From: a virus
Lineage: Duplodnaviria; Caudoviricetes
Length of the DNA stretch: 53,332 nucleotides
Virus record (IMG/VR): IMGVR_UViG_3300031857_000259
Coordinates: 1 to 53,332 of that record
Direction: 5' to 3' (one strand)
The first letter of the stretch is position 1; the number at the start of each line of letters is the position of its first letter. Shown here piece by piece: positions 20,101 to 27,993 of this stretch. The notes below the pieces were generated by a model. The model made no database searches. It saw only the letters and a program-made list of their open reading frames with translations, and was not told the origin of the DNA. A program made the translations under genes and the position numbers.

Positions 20101-23100
20101 CCATGTCAGAAGTAAGTGGGGTAGCAGGATCTAGAGGAAACTTCTTTAGTGATACAACTCCTGATGGAAATACGACAGGAAGGATTGATATCAACCTTTC
20201 TAAGGCAAACTCTAGAACAGTAGCTCATGAGATTGCTCATGGTATACTAATAAATACATTTGGAGACAATGCAAACTTGTTCAATGATTTTAGAACAAGA
20301 CTATCTAAGGTACTTAAGGCAGATGCAAACAAGCAGCTAAATGATTTTGCTGATAGGTATGTAGACCCTAATACGGGAGAGCTTCTAGATGTAAACCACG
20401 AGGAGTTCTTGGCTGAGTTAACCGGTATGTTAGAGCAGCAGGAAACCAATGTATCTGTAAGTACAATGCAGAAGGTTGCTGCGTTAATTAATGAGTTTAT
20501 ATCTAAGATTACAGGTGGTAAGTTCAAACCTTTTGAGGATACTAAGAACACCAAGGATGTAGTCGACTTCTTCAATACCATATCTGAGTCTATCCGCAAA
20601 GGAGAAGATATAGAACTAAATGGTGGAGGTGAGGTAGGTACATTTAACTTTATTTCAAGAAGCAGTTTAGATGTAAAAGAAGCTCCTAGTGTAGCGAATG
20701 ATAATAGGTCTTTCATCAGAGATTTAGTCGAGGATATCGACATGATAGATTTTAATGGAAGAAAGTTTGTCACCAATATGTATGACTACACTACTGCTGG
20801 GATTGCTGACTTGGGAAATGGTCTTAGTATAAATATGATGGGTGGCAAAAACTATGTGCCATACATGATGTCTTTACAGGACAAGAAAATAGGAGACGTT
20901 TCTAATCTAGCCGCATTCAATACCAAGGCACAAGCAGAATCCTTCGCACGTAATGCAATAAAAGGGGACGCATCCTTGTTTGCACCACACTCAGGTACAC
21001 TATCTGAGTCTTGGCAGTTTCAGCAGCACACGTTTGCAGAACTTGTGAACTTGGTTATAGATAAAAATATAATGAGTGATGCTGAATTGATTGATGTATT
21101 TAATAAAACAATTAATTCAAAGGCTAATAAAAAAGCTTTCAATGCATTTAAAAACAAGTATGGGAAAGACATCTCTAATTTTGATTCGTTTAAGGATGAC
21201 CCTAAAAAAATAGTAGAGTTATTAGATATTAAAAATAATTATTCTCCAAACTTAAGGAAGGCTCTCAACAATGCTATATCAGCAGACAAGACTTTCCAAA
21301 AGGCCATAGGTATAAAAAACAAAGAAGAGTTTTTTAAAAGAATAATGGACCCTCTTAATGATGGTGTAAAGGGAGGAGAGATAATTAACGTGGTTGAATT
21401 TGATCCTAAAACATTTCAAATAGTTCAAACAAAAGCAGGTGCTATAGACCATCACCCTTCATTTGGGTGGTCTATTCTATCCAAAATAAATGGGATATAT
21501 CAGCCTACTAAATTTTACCAATCAAGTAATGTAACTGATAGTTATGTTAAGTATAATAAGTCAGGCGAGCAGGTATCAAGAAAGGCTGAAGAAAGTAACT
21601 TTGAGAAGAAGAATGTATCATCAAGCGCAGGTTCAATTCCAAAAGTTGCAGAATTTAATGAGCCTTCAGACGTAGATACTCCAAGCTCAAAGCGTATATC
21701 AAGATCTCAAATAAATGACGCACTATCAAAGGCATCTGGATCAACACAAGTTGCAACTACAAAGGGCAGTTATAGAAAGGCTGCAAATATTTTAAAGAAT
21801 ATTGGTGTAGATGGTGATGTCCTAGACTATGGAGCAGGGCTTGGATTAGGGACTGATGCCATGAGTGAGGTCCTTGATAAGCCTGTTGATTCATTAGAAA
21901 TTAATCCAGAAAGATGGAAGGGAATTAGGCCAGTAAAATATACTGATGCCAATCAAATAGATAAGAAGTATGATGGAATAGTATCCTTGAATGTAGTGAA
22001 TGTAGTTCCAAAAGAAGTAAGGGACTTCATTGTTCTTGACATATTTAATAATCTTAAGGAAGGTGGAACTGCTATTATAAGTTCAAGAGGATTTAAAGGA
22101 GACATTGATGGTGCTAAAAACTTTGTCGATGGAGGTGAAGAAAAAAGCTACATAATAAAAAAGAGAGAGAAGGGCAAATTTATTTATGTATTCCAAAAGG
22201 GATATGATGGTAATGAGTTGTTTGAATATGTTAAAGGCTTATTAGGAGACTCTGCTGAAGTAGTATCTAACAATACATTTGGTAAAAGAGGAGTTGTAAT
22301 AACTAAACTTAGCAATGTAAAAAGCAGATCTCAATTACCTGGCAATGATGCACAGAGAATAGTTAATCTAGGACGTGCTAATGGTTTGTCTGATCAAGCG
22401 ATATCAAACGTATTGGAGAAGCGTGGCTTCACTCAAGAAGCCATTGACACTGCATTAGGTAAGGAAGCAAAGGCTGCCAAGAAGGTTGAGGTAACTGAGG
22501 AGTTTGCTCCTGGGTATAACAGAGTACTCAATAACATGTTCGGTGAAAAGGGTGTAGTAGCCAAGTCACGCAGACGTGGTGTATCTAAGGAAGATACAAT
22601 TAAAAATGCTATTAACTACTTACAGGGCACTAAGGTATATGAGAACGCTACTGATGTACAGCGTGAGGCTATGGTCCGCAATGTAAACAAGGAGCTTGAG
22701 AAGCGTGAGAAGCGTGCTCCTAGTGCTAAGAAGGTATTGGGCCAGAAGAAAGACGTTGTAACAATCACCGTTGATTTAGCTAAGGAAAGAGATAGAATCA
22801 TTAAGGAACAGATAAAACTAGCAAAGGAAGTTACTGGTGACCTTAACGAGAAGAGAGCAGCATTAGCTGATGCCATACGTATGTTTGAAGATGGAGGAGT
22901 TATAACGACTGCTCAAACTAAGACCATAGTAAATAGAATTAGTAAGGTCAATCTAAATAATCCTATCATGGTAGATAGGTTGCTTGCATACATTGAGAAA
23001 GTATTCGACAATGCAAACTATGCTGCTGACATGGATGAGCTAAGAAAGCTACAGCGTCAGGCTAGGTCTAGAAACCATACCTCAATGACTAACGTAGTCA

Positions 23101-26100
23101 AACAGTTCACGTCTATCAACCCTGAGAACATCCCACTAGATAGAATACAAGACTATAAGAAAGCACTTGACTTCTTAAACAACCTAACCCCATTCTATGG
23201 GGAGATGAATGATGTGCTTGATGAGATGTTGTCCTATCAGGTATCTGAAGAGTTCGATGCTATCAAAACATTAGAGGCTCTTGAGAAGAAGTATGAAAGT
23301 ATACAGCTTAATGAAGTAGGCAGTGTAGAAGAGTACAGGAATTTAATAAAAGACATCAACTCCTTTAAGAGAAAAGCATTCCAGTTACTACAGAACGAAG
23401 CTATTAATCAGAAGGATTATGATGACCTAATCAATATGGTTGGTAAGGATCAAGCTGAGTTAGAGAAGAGATATAAAGAAGAAATCACTCATATAAAGAA
23501 GGACTTCATTGCTGAGATAAAGAATCAGCGACCAAAGGTAAGCAGAGACTTTAGTAATGTAGAAAACGATTTGATTCGTAAGTACCTAGAGCTTAGCGAT
23601 GCTGACCTTGAGAGTCTATCTCCTGAGGAGCTATTCATCTTGAATGATTTGCTAGAGAACATTAGCAATGGGGAGATTGATGTATCTAGATTTGCGCCTA
23701 TTGTTTCAAAAGCTTATACAAGTAGTGGGCTTGATCCACTCGCTAAACAAATTAACAAATCTAAGTTTAACAAGAACTCAGAGGAAGGTAGACAAGAACT
23801 TGCTGAACAAGAGAGCTCATTCTGGGAAGGTCTTCTTGGCATGGGTCGTGCTAAGGTTGGGGCACTACAGAAGTTAATTATATCTCCATTCAATAGGGCT
23901 ATTTCATCTTTTGAGAAGTTTAACAGAGAGGGATACAATGAATTCTTAAAGCTTAAGAATAAGTATAAGATTGATAAGTTTGATCTATTAAAGAATTCTA
24001 AGGATATGCATAAGATAGGGATGCTAACCACATACCTACAGGAGTACATGGCTCAGTTTGATTCCAAGAATAAGGACGTTAAGGATATAGGCAAACGGGA
24101 TTGGTTTAAGGAGATACTTAACAGCAGGGCAATGAGAGATAACTACTCATCTGGTAAACCATCTGTATTCAAATCAATTGGATTAGGTAAGTCTGAATTA
24201 GATATCATTAAGGAAATCTGGGATAGCCTACCAAAAGATAAGGATGGTAATGTAGATCCTAAGGCGGTATATGATAGCTACATGGCTAACGATGGTAAGT
24301 TCTTTACCAAAAATCAGAAAGCATTCTTTGATGATGTGATGGCATACAAGGCATCTGAAATTACACCAAAACAAAAGTTTGCTAATGAGCTTAGTGGTGC
24401 TTCATTCAAGGAGATTCCATTCCATATGATGAGAGTTAGACTTGACAAAGGTAAAAGTCAGATTGCACCAACCTCATCTTCAGAGAATAATAACGTGAGG
24501 ATAACTGCTGGTACTGGTAAAGAGAGGGTAAGCGAAAATGTGGGGGCTGTTATGACTAACTTTGAGAAGCTATTTATATCAGGTATAGAGCAGACTGGGC
24601 GTGATTATTTCTTATCTAATGCACTACAAGATATCAACAACACTATTTCAGGTGTAAAGAAAATAGTTGGTGATAGTAAAATAGAGTTGATTAACACCAT
24701 ATCGTATACATTATCTGACGCATTAAAATTTGAGTTTGATAGAACTAAGAGCAACTTTATATTTAGGAACTTGTTGTCAGCGAGGGCAGCTCAGACATTG
24801 TTAAGACCTATTAGGACTGCTGTTGAACTTGGGTCAACACTTGTATCTTATCCGGTTCGAGCTAAAACTTTATCAGGATACAAGTCATTGTTCGGTGAAC
24901 AAGGGTCTATGAAAAAACTTCTTGAGTTTACAGATAGCCCTATGTTGCTTAGAGATAATATTAGTAAGGCTATTGATATTAACGATGGAAGTATTGAACC
25001 ACAGAGTAGATTTACTAAGGCCACTAACTACCTATCTGGTCTGCCTGAAAGGACAATGATGGTGACCTCATGGATGCCAACATTCAAGTCAGAATTTAAG
25101 ACCATTACTGGTATAGACTTTGACATTAATAAGTTTAATAATAGCGAAGCATACAGAGAGAAGTATGGTAAGGCTATTAGGGAATCATCAGCAGCGGCAG
25201 ATGCTCAGACTGAGAAGATTATTGGACCAACTACCAAAGCAGGACAAAGACGTGAGGTTAGAATAGCCCCAAGGTTCTTAGCTAATCTTGTTGGATCTGA
25301 AGGTACTGTATCAAAGAACACCGCAACCGGACAGATCTTAGGATTCTTCAGTAACTATCCATTCAGGGAGTCAACAGAATTTCTAAATGGATTTAGAGAA
25401 GCAGCAGAGGTGTTGAATGATGAAGGTGCCTTGAGTTCATTGAGTCAATTACAAAAGCCCCTAGGGGTGGCTTTGAACGTGGCTGCTTATAGCTTCCTTT
25501 CATCTGCAACATATGCATTAGGATTAATACTTCTTGGAGATGATGAAGATGAGAAGAGAGGTGAAGACCTTTTAAAAGCTTTATTAACAGGAGAGGGATT
25601 ATTAGAAGAGTTAAAATCAAATGCTATATCCCTTGCAGGAAGTCAGTATGCGGCTGGAGGAAAGGCCATAATTCAATTAGCGGTTACCATATTAATTGAA
25701 TCTACAGATGACGAGAAGCTAAAGGCTAAATATAAAAAGCTACTTAAGGATAGTGTATTCATTGATCCACTACCGGTAGATAAGGTGGTAGGATTTAAGG
25801 GAGAGCAGGAGGTAGCTGGTGCAATAGGAAAATATATCCCTCCGTTTATAGTCGCATACGCTAGGTATGCTGACTTAATCGGAACTAAAAACGAGCTCAA
25901 ATATATATACGATAAGGTAGAAAGTAAAGGTGTCGAGAGCTTAACAGAAGATGAAGGTCTTAAGATACTTGCTTTGAATACATTATTCAATGGTACTCAA
26001 ATAGTACTAAACCTATACGGAACATCCCTACCTGAATACAACAACATCAAGACTTACATGAAGAAACTTAAGGGAGAGGCAGGAGTAGCTGAAGTATACA

Positions 26101-26315
26101 AGGGAGAAGCACCTGCCAAGAAGAAGTCATCTGGTGGAAGTGGCGGTGGCAGAACTAAGACCATCAACAAGTCTGACCTTAAGAGGTACTACCCTGGTCT
26201 TAGCAAGCAATTAGAGTCTGCTACGTATGAAGTAGAGCAGGAAGTAAAAGCATTCGAGAAGGAGCAGAGAGAGTTTAAAAAGAAGATGAAGGACCAGTTA
26301 TATGGTGGGGACTAA
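17133..26315 (+). CDS. Giant polyvalent internal virion/ejection protein with zincin metallopeptidase and class I SAM methyltransferase domains
   Basis: 3060 aa, last gene of the structural operon. It has hydrophobic G/A-rich segments, HEIAH (aa 1032-1036) with a downstream EEFLAE, and VLDYGAGLG (aa 1563-1571) with YDGIVSLNVVNVV. Confidence 0.75.
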   Translation: MEEQLLKEYVGTYLNPKYNGDWDVVNSKFPELSGVDKEILKEYVGTYLNPKYNGDWNVVNSKFPELFPAGKSSAERPVAQKPSEPVKKKDTVSPFVDGGSELTKFDPRTGQVVQDTPEFATAKPEVKVPEQKLPARTEFQFQPGKPLPEQKTAPLPKFVEEQLSAVKPELIGKTEENVVPQLKYQFGPLGFKFEETRAGDYMMATSPSGESIYISLDVVDNKEREAEANKLNAFLRKGATTVKNLSTLQKQYTDANKKIVSQKELDESLASINAEETKILARNAEFVKAQNKLEAEKAQLESVPVQQRNNPAYIARVNDFISRADQFSTDFQAFAKDTEDLSKRSQQLNKSIGKYTEMKAQQGTWYGAGLNAFANKYIYEEAKGQVGVAIDFIGEIISLTGLPIMSPENYEKNFIEQAKKEGINVTEGEDFISLANKLDPKTLAKIENRVIDAGKKSVKGEIIGGLDKASKTIMESSGVSADYYRSIEETLVGGALLGTLSSIPAMAGGPLIRTVLMGTQVLSGIDAEMANDPEFADVSENEKYLVKGPIAVAVGVLESLGLSNLLNQKGFLNGLVLKALGKVGKGASYKTFGEVIKNEIDSAVGRGALTLGAGFLAEAETGALQEVATIGIKEIYNMAKEKEMFDTPDSVVQFIEQVGKASLQEGIGAGVLSIPGSVSAAYTGKGFLGMDDSQFAMFEKMANDSNIQKGFVARLKTRINNGEITAAEGKDILNNYRNSVGLFNSLPENLDMQGKKEAMNLLKEKRDLERQIEGKDQALTVPQRNRVNEINNQLTKLSEDAIQKQAAGEVPVQPGATVSEEVAQGEPQAEPQGVSQEGQEKINDIESRRQEELSAYDEEGLNEAYSVGSDQTVGEFINAKYDTELAALEQPTQELDLDGEVSLLEQLLAQEETAPTVSAGISISSDTDVEELRNRTQSRSQQATTPEDKESANTRVKIIDTAKKAINTLKSILPNFDIVIHEDEGSYNAAMSEVSGVAGSRGNFFSDTTPDGNTTGRIDINLSKANSRTVAHEIAHGILINTFGDNANLFNDFRTRLSKVLKADANKQLNDFADRYVDPNTGELLDVNHEEFLAELTGMLEQQETNVSVSTMQKVAALINEFISKITGGKFKPFEDTKNTKDVVDFFNTISESIRKGEDIELNGGGEVGTFNFISRSSLDVKEAPSVANDNRSFIRDLVEDIDMIDFNGRKFVTNMYDYTTAGIADLGNGLSINMMGGKNYVPYMMSLQDKKIGDVSNLAAFNTKAQAESFARNAIKGDASLFAPHSGTLSESWQFQQHTFAELVNLVIDKNIMSDAELIDVFNKTINSKANKKAFNAFKNKYGKDISNFDSFKDDPKKIVELLDIKNNYSPNLRKALNNAISADKTFQKAIGIKNKEEFFKRIMDPLNDGVKGGEIINVVEFDPKTFQIVQTKAGAIDHHPSFGWSILSKINGIYQPTKFYQSSNVTDSYVKYNKSGEQVSRKAEESNFEKKNVSSSAGSIPKVAEFNEPSDVDTPSSKRISRSQINDALSKASGSTQVATTKGSYRKAANILKNIGVDGDVLDYGAGLGLGTDAMSEVLDKPVDSLEINPERWKGIRPVKYTDANQIDKKYDGIVSLNVVNVVPKEVRDFIVLDIFNNLKEGGTAIISSRGFKGDIDGAKNFVDGGEEKSYIIKKREKGKFIYVFQKGYDGNELFEYVKGLLGDSAEVVSNNTFGKRGVVITKLSNVKSRSQLPGNDAQRIVNLGRANGLSDQAISNVLEKRGFTQEAIDTALGKEAKAAKKVEVTEEFAPGYNRVLNNMFGEKGVVAKSRRRGVSKEDTIKNAINYLQGTKVYENATDVQREAMVRNVNKELEKREKRAPSAKKVLGQKKDVVTITVDLAKERDRIIKEQIKLAKEVTGDLNEKRAALADAIRMFEDGGVITTAQTKTIVNRISKVNLNNPIMVDRLLAYIEKVFDNANYAADMDELRKLQRQARSRNHTSMTNVVKQFTSINPENIPLDRIQDYKKALDFLNNLTPFYGEMNDVLDEMLSYQVSEEFDAIKTLEALEKKYESIQLNEVGSVEEYRNLIKDINSFKRKAFQLLQNEAINQKDYDDLINMVGKDQAELEKRYKEEITHIKKDFIAEIKNQRPKVSRDFSNVENDLIRKYLELSDADLESLSPEELFILNDLLENISNGEIDVSRFAPIVSKAYTSSGLDPLAKQINKSKFNKNSEEGRQELAEQESSFWEGLLGMGRAKVGALQKLIISPFNRAISSFEKFNREGYNEFLKLKNKYKIDKFDLLKNSKDMHKIGMLTTYLQEYMAQFDSKNKDVKDIGKRDWFKEILNSRAMRDNYSSGKPSVFKSIGLGKSELDIIKEIWDSLPKDKDGNVDPKAVYDSYMANDGKFFTKNQKAFFDDVMAYKASEITPKQKFANELSGASFKEIPFHMMRVRLDKGKSQIAPTSSSENNNVRITAGTGKERVSENVGAVMTNFEKLFISGIEQTGRDYFLSNALQDINNTISGVKKIVGDSKIELINTISYTLSDALKFEFDRTKSNFIFRNLLSARAAQTLLRPIRTAVELGSTLVSYPVRAKTLSGYKSLFGEQGSMKKLLEFTDSPMLLRDNISKAIDINDGSIEPQSRFTKATNYLSGLPERTMMVTSWMPTFKSEFKTITGIDFDINKFNNSEAYREKYGKAIRESSAAADAQTEKIIGPTTKAGQRREVRIAPRFLANLVGSEGTVSKNTATGQILGFFSNYPFRESTEFLNGFREAAEVLNDEGALSSLSQLQKPLGVALNVAAYSFLSSATYALGLILLGDDEDEKRGEDLLKALLTGEGLLEELKSNAISLAGSQYAAGGKAIIQLAVTILIESTDDEKLKAKYKKLLKDSVFIDPLPVDKVVGFKGEQEVAGAIGKYIPPFIVAYARYADLIGTKNELKYIYDKVESKGVESLTEDEGLKILALNTLFNGTQIVLNLYGTSLPEYNNIKTYMKKLKGEAGVAEVYKGEAPAKKKSSGGSGGGRTKTINKSDLKRYYPGLSKQLESATYEVEQEVKAFEKEQREFKKKMKDQLYGGD
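17148..17330 (+). repeat. Intragenic tandem repeat, 2 x 27 aa at a 34-aa period
   Basis: LKEYVGTYLNPKYNGDW[D/N]VVNSKFPEL at 17148-17228 and 17250-17330. Confidence 0.95.
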
Positions 26316-26509
26316 AAGTCCTCATCATATTCTATTGTCTTAATGATATCCCTAAGATCCTTGATGAGGCTCTTAACGTCATCCTTAACAGACTCATACT
26401 CCCTATCCACGATCTTCTCGTAGATGTTACTAACGCTAGCATGGAATCCTTCTGTAGTGAAGGCTATCCTTGCAGCTCTGTCTCTTTCTTGTTGGAGTGT
26501 TCCATCCAT
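26312..26509 (-). CDS. Hypothetical protein
   Basis: 65-aa ORF converging on the giant gene; last gene of the minus-strand operon. Confidence 0.55.
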   Translation of the reverse strand: MDGTLQQERDRAARIAFTTEGFHASVSNIYEKIVDREYESVKDDVKSLIKDLRDIIKTIEYDEDF

Positions 26510-26925
26510 TCTTGCTCAGTTATAAAATTGTAAATAGGCCTCATTCTTTCTTTGAGTAATCTAAGTTCATGCTTAAGTGCCTCATTCTCTTGCACTAATC
26601 TACCAACAATATTGTATGAATTTACAGGTTCGTCCTTAAATTTATTCATTACAGCCATCTCCTTGCATTTAAGATACTTTAATCTGAATTCTTTGTCTGT
26701 CTCTGCAAGGTCATTGCACTTGTTTAAATAATATTGAGCAGCATACTTGCTCTTCTTTAGGTTGTATGCTATGCTCTCTACATGCATATCCATATCCTTT
26801 AGCATTGAGGCAAATATAATTCTAGCTTCAACTTGTGATCTGTGTCTTGAGTCAGAGATTACCCTTACACCAGTGACTAGTTCTATTATGTCCTTCAGTG
26901 CCTTAATCTTTTTCTGATCCTCCAT
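26464..26925 (-). CDS. DnaA domain IV-like HTH protein (start 26925 or 26949)
   Basis: SDSRHRSQVEARIIFASML...IA pattern resembles Bac_DnaA_C (R....V.AR); C-terminal coiled coil. Confidence 0.5.
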   Translation of the reverse strand: MEDQKKIKALKDIIELVTGVRVISDSRHRSQVEARIIFASMLKDMDMHVESIAYNLKKSKYAAQYYLNKCNDLAETDKEFRLKYLKCKEMAVMNKFKDEPVNSYNIVGRLVQENEALKHELRLLKERMRPIYNFITEQEWMEHSNKKETELQG

Positions 26926-27157
26926 AAAAGAGTTCCGCTTTAATTCCATGTTTCTGTAGTTCTTTGATTCTATATTCCTGTAGTTTACTTGGCTTACCTG
27001 TCGCTCGCTTCACCTCGTAGAACTCAACGTCAGAGTCCTTAGGTATGGCAATGAGATCCGGGATGCCATTCTTGTTGGTCTTGATTAGCTTGATGACGTA
27101 GTACCCCTGATCCTCAAGGTCCTTGATAAGCTTAGTCTGTACCTGCTGCTCTGTCAT
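26903..27157 (-). CDS. VRR-NUC domain nuclease (Holliday junction resolvase-like)
   Basis: E..VQ..., GIPDL, FYEVK and PSKLQEYR form the PD-(D/E)XK VRR-NUC signature. Confidence 0.85.
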   Translation of the reverse strand: MTEQQVQTKLIKDLEDQGYYVIKLIKTNKNGIPDLIAIPKDSDVEFYEVKRATGKPSKLQEYRIKELQKHGIKAELFYGGSEKD

Positions 27158-27215
27158 TATACCCCTTTTATACCCTATTTATTACCGCCATTACCGCCAA
27201 CATTACCGCCATTAC
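27156..27215. repeat. Intergenic short direct repeats (ATTACCGCC x3; TATACCC x2)
   Basis: attaccgcc attaccgcc aac attaccgcc attac at 27181-27215, preceded by two TATACCC copies. Confidence 0.85.
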
Positions 27216-27442
27216 TTTTTGTATGGTCTAAAGTTTTTCTTTGATATCTGTAATGCTTCTGCCTCAGTGTCAGCGAACCCTGTATCGTATGTGAACCCAT
27301 CGCTGTACCAGTACAGCCACTCACCTACGTGTGATTGGAACACACCTATTGATCCTACAGGAACCTCTCTCATGTAGAATAACTTTTTTGCTTGGTCTCC
27401 AATGTATATATTCATTTCATTATATCTTTTAGTTGACCCCAA
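27212..27442 (-). CDS. Hypothetical protein
   Basis: ORF in the minus-strand operon; the start could be a downstream Met. Confidence 0.5.
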   Translation of the reverse strand: MGSTKRYNEMNIYIGDQAKKLFYMREVPVGSIGVFQSHVGEWLYWYSDGFTYDTGFADTEAEALQISKKNFRPYKK

Positions 27443-27603
27443 ATAGCTTCGCTTAAATCTCCCCAGTACATATCACATTTACCATCCTTAATAGGTGGAT
27501 TTGTGAAGTAGGATTGATAGTCACTAGGCTTTGCCGTAAAGCGGTAGCAGCTTTCTTTGTAGGGACAATTTGTCCCCACGCACATTGTTATGTCCGGGCT
27601 CAT
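27412..27603 (-). CDS. Small Cys-rich conserved phage protein
   Basis: PDITMCVGTNCPYKESCYRF...CDMYW; four Cys, probably metal-binding. Confidence 0.6.
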   Translation of the reverse strand: MSPDITMCVGTNCPYKESCYRFTAKPSDYQSYFTNPPIKDGKCDMYWGDLSEAIWGQLKDIMK

Positions 27604-27607
27604 GACT

Positions 27608-27772
27608 TCATTTCTTCAATTCATTTATAGCAATCTGTGCTAATCTCTCTGCATCTTTTCTAACCCTGTTGTGATAATCTGAGTTGTCAGAAAATGGAGA
27701 CTGCCACTTTGTGCTTGCAACTTGATCGTAGACTAATGCATTGTAGAATCTTTCTGTTAGTAATTTTTTCAT
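27608..27772 (-). CDS. Hypothetical protein (54 aa, not in ORF track)
   Basis: Hand translation MKKLLTERFYNALVYDQ...ELKK*; its start overlaps the upstream stop (ATGA). Confidence 0.5.
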   Translation of the reverse strand: MKKLLTERFYNALVYDQVASTKWQSPFSDNSDYHNRVRKDAERLAQIAINELKK

Positions 27773-27930
27773 GTGTTTGTTAGTTTAATAATTAAATTGT
27801 TTATGTTCTCATCTGATAGGAAGTTCTCCTTGTCAGTATTCCAATACTCTAGGTACCTGTCCCTGTGTACAGCGTACCACTTCTGTGTGTATTCATTCCA
27901 ATGAAATACATAGTTCCAAATCTTATCCAT
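27769..27930 (-). CDS. Hypothetical protein (53 aa, not in ORF track)
   Basis: Hand translation MDKIWNYVFHWNEYTQKWYAVHRD...; A-rich leader. Confidence 0.55.
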   Translation of the reverse strand: MDKIWNYVFHWNEYTQKWYAVHRDRYLEYWNTDKENFLSDENINNLIIKLTNT

Positions 27931-27993
27931 ATCGTTTGTTGTTAAAGTTTGCTACTGTTGGTAGGCACTAGCGACCCAAGCATATAACCCTAT

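Noticed and set aside
1185-25990. Many antisense or alternate-frame ORFs inside structural genes (e.g. 3980-4501, 20237-20776, 23714-24049)
   Set aside because: They are fully nested in long, well-supported genes, have shadow-like composition and lack start contexts.
27181-27215. Mini-CRISPR array
   Set aside because: The repeats are 9 bp with 0-3 bp between them; there are no spacers and no cas genes.
27931-27993. Possible structured RNA downstream of the helicase
   Set aside because: Only short, imperfect stems with no recognisable family; not supportable.
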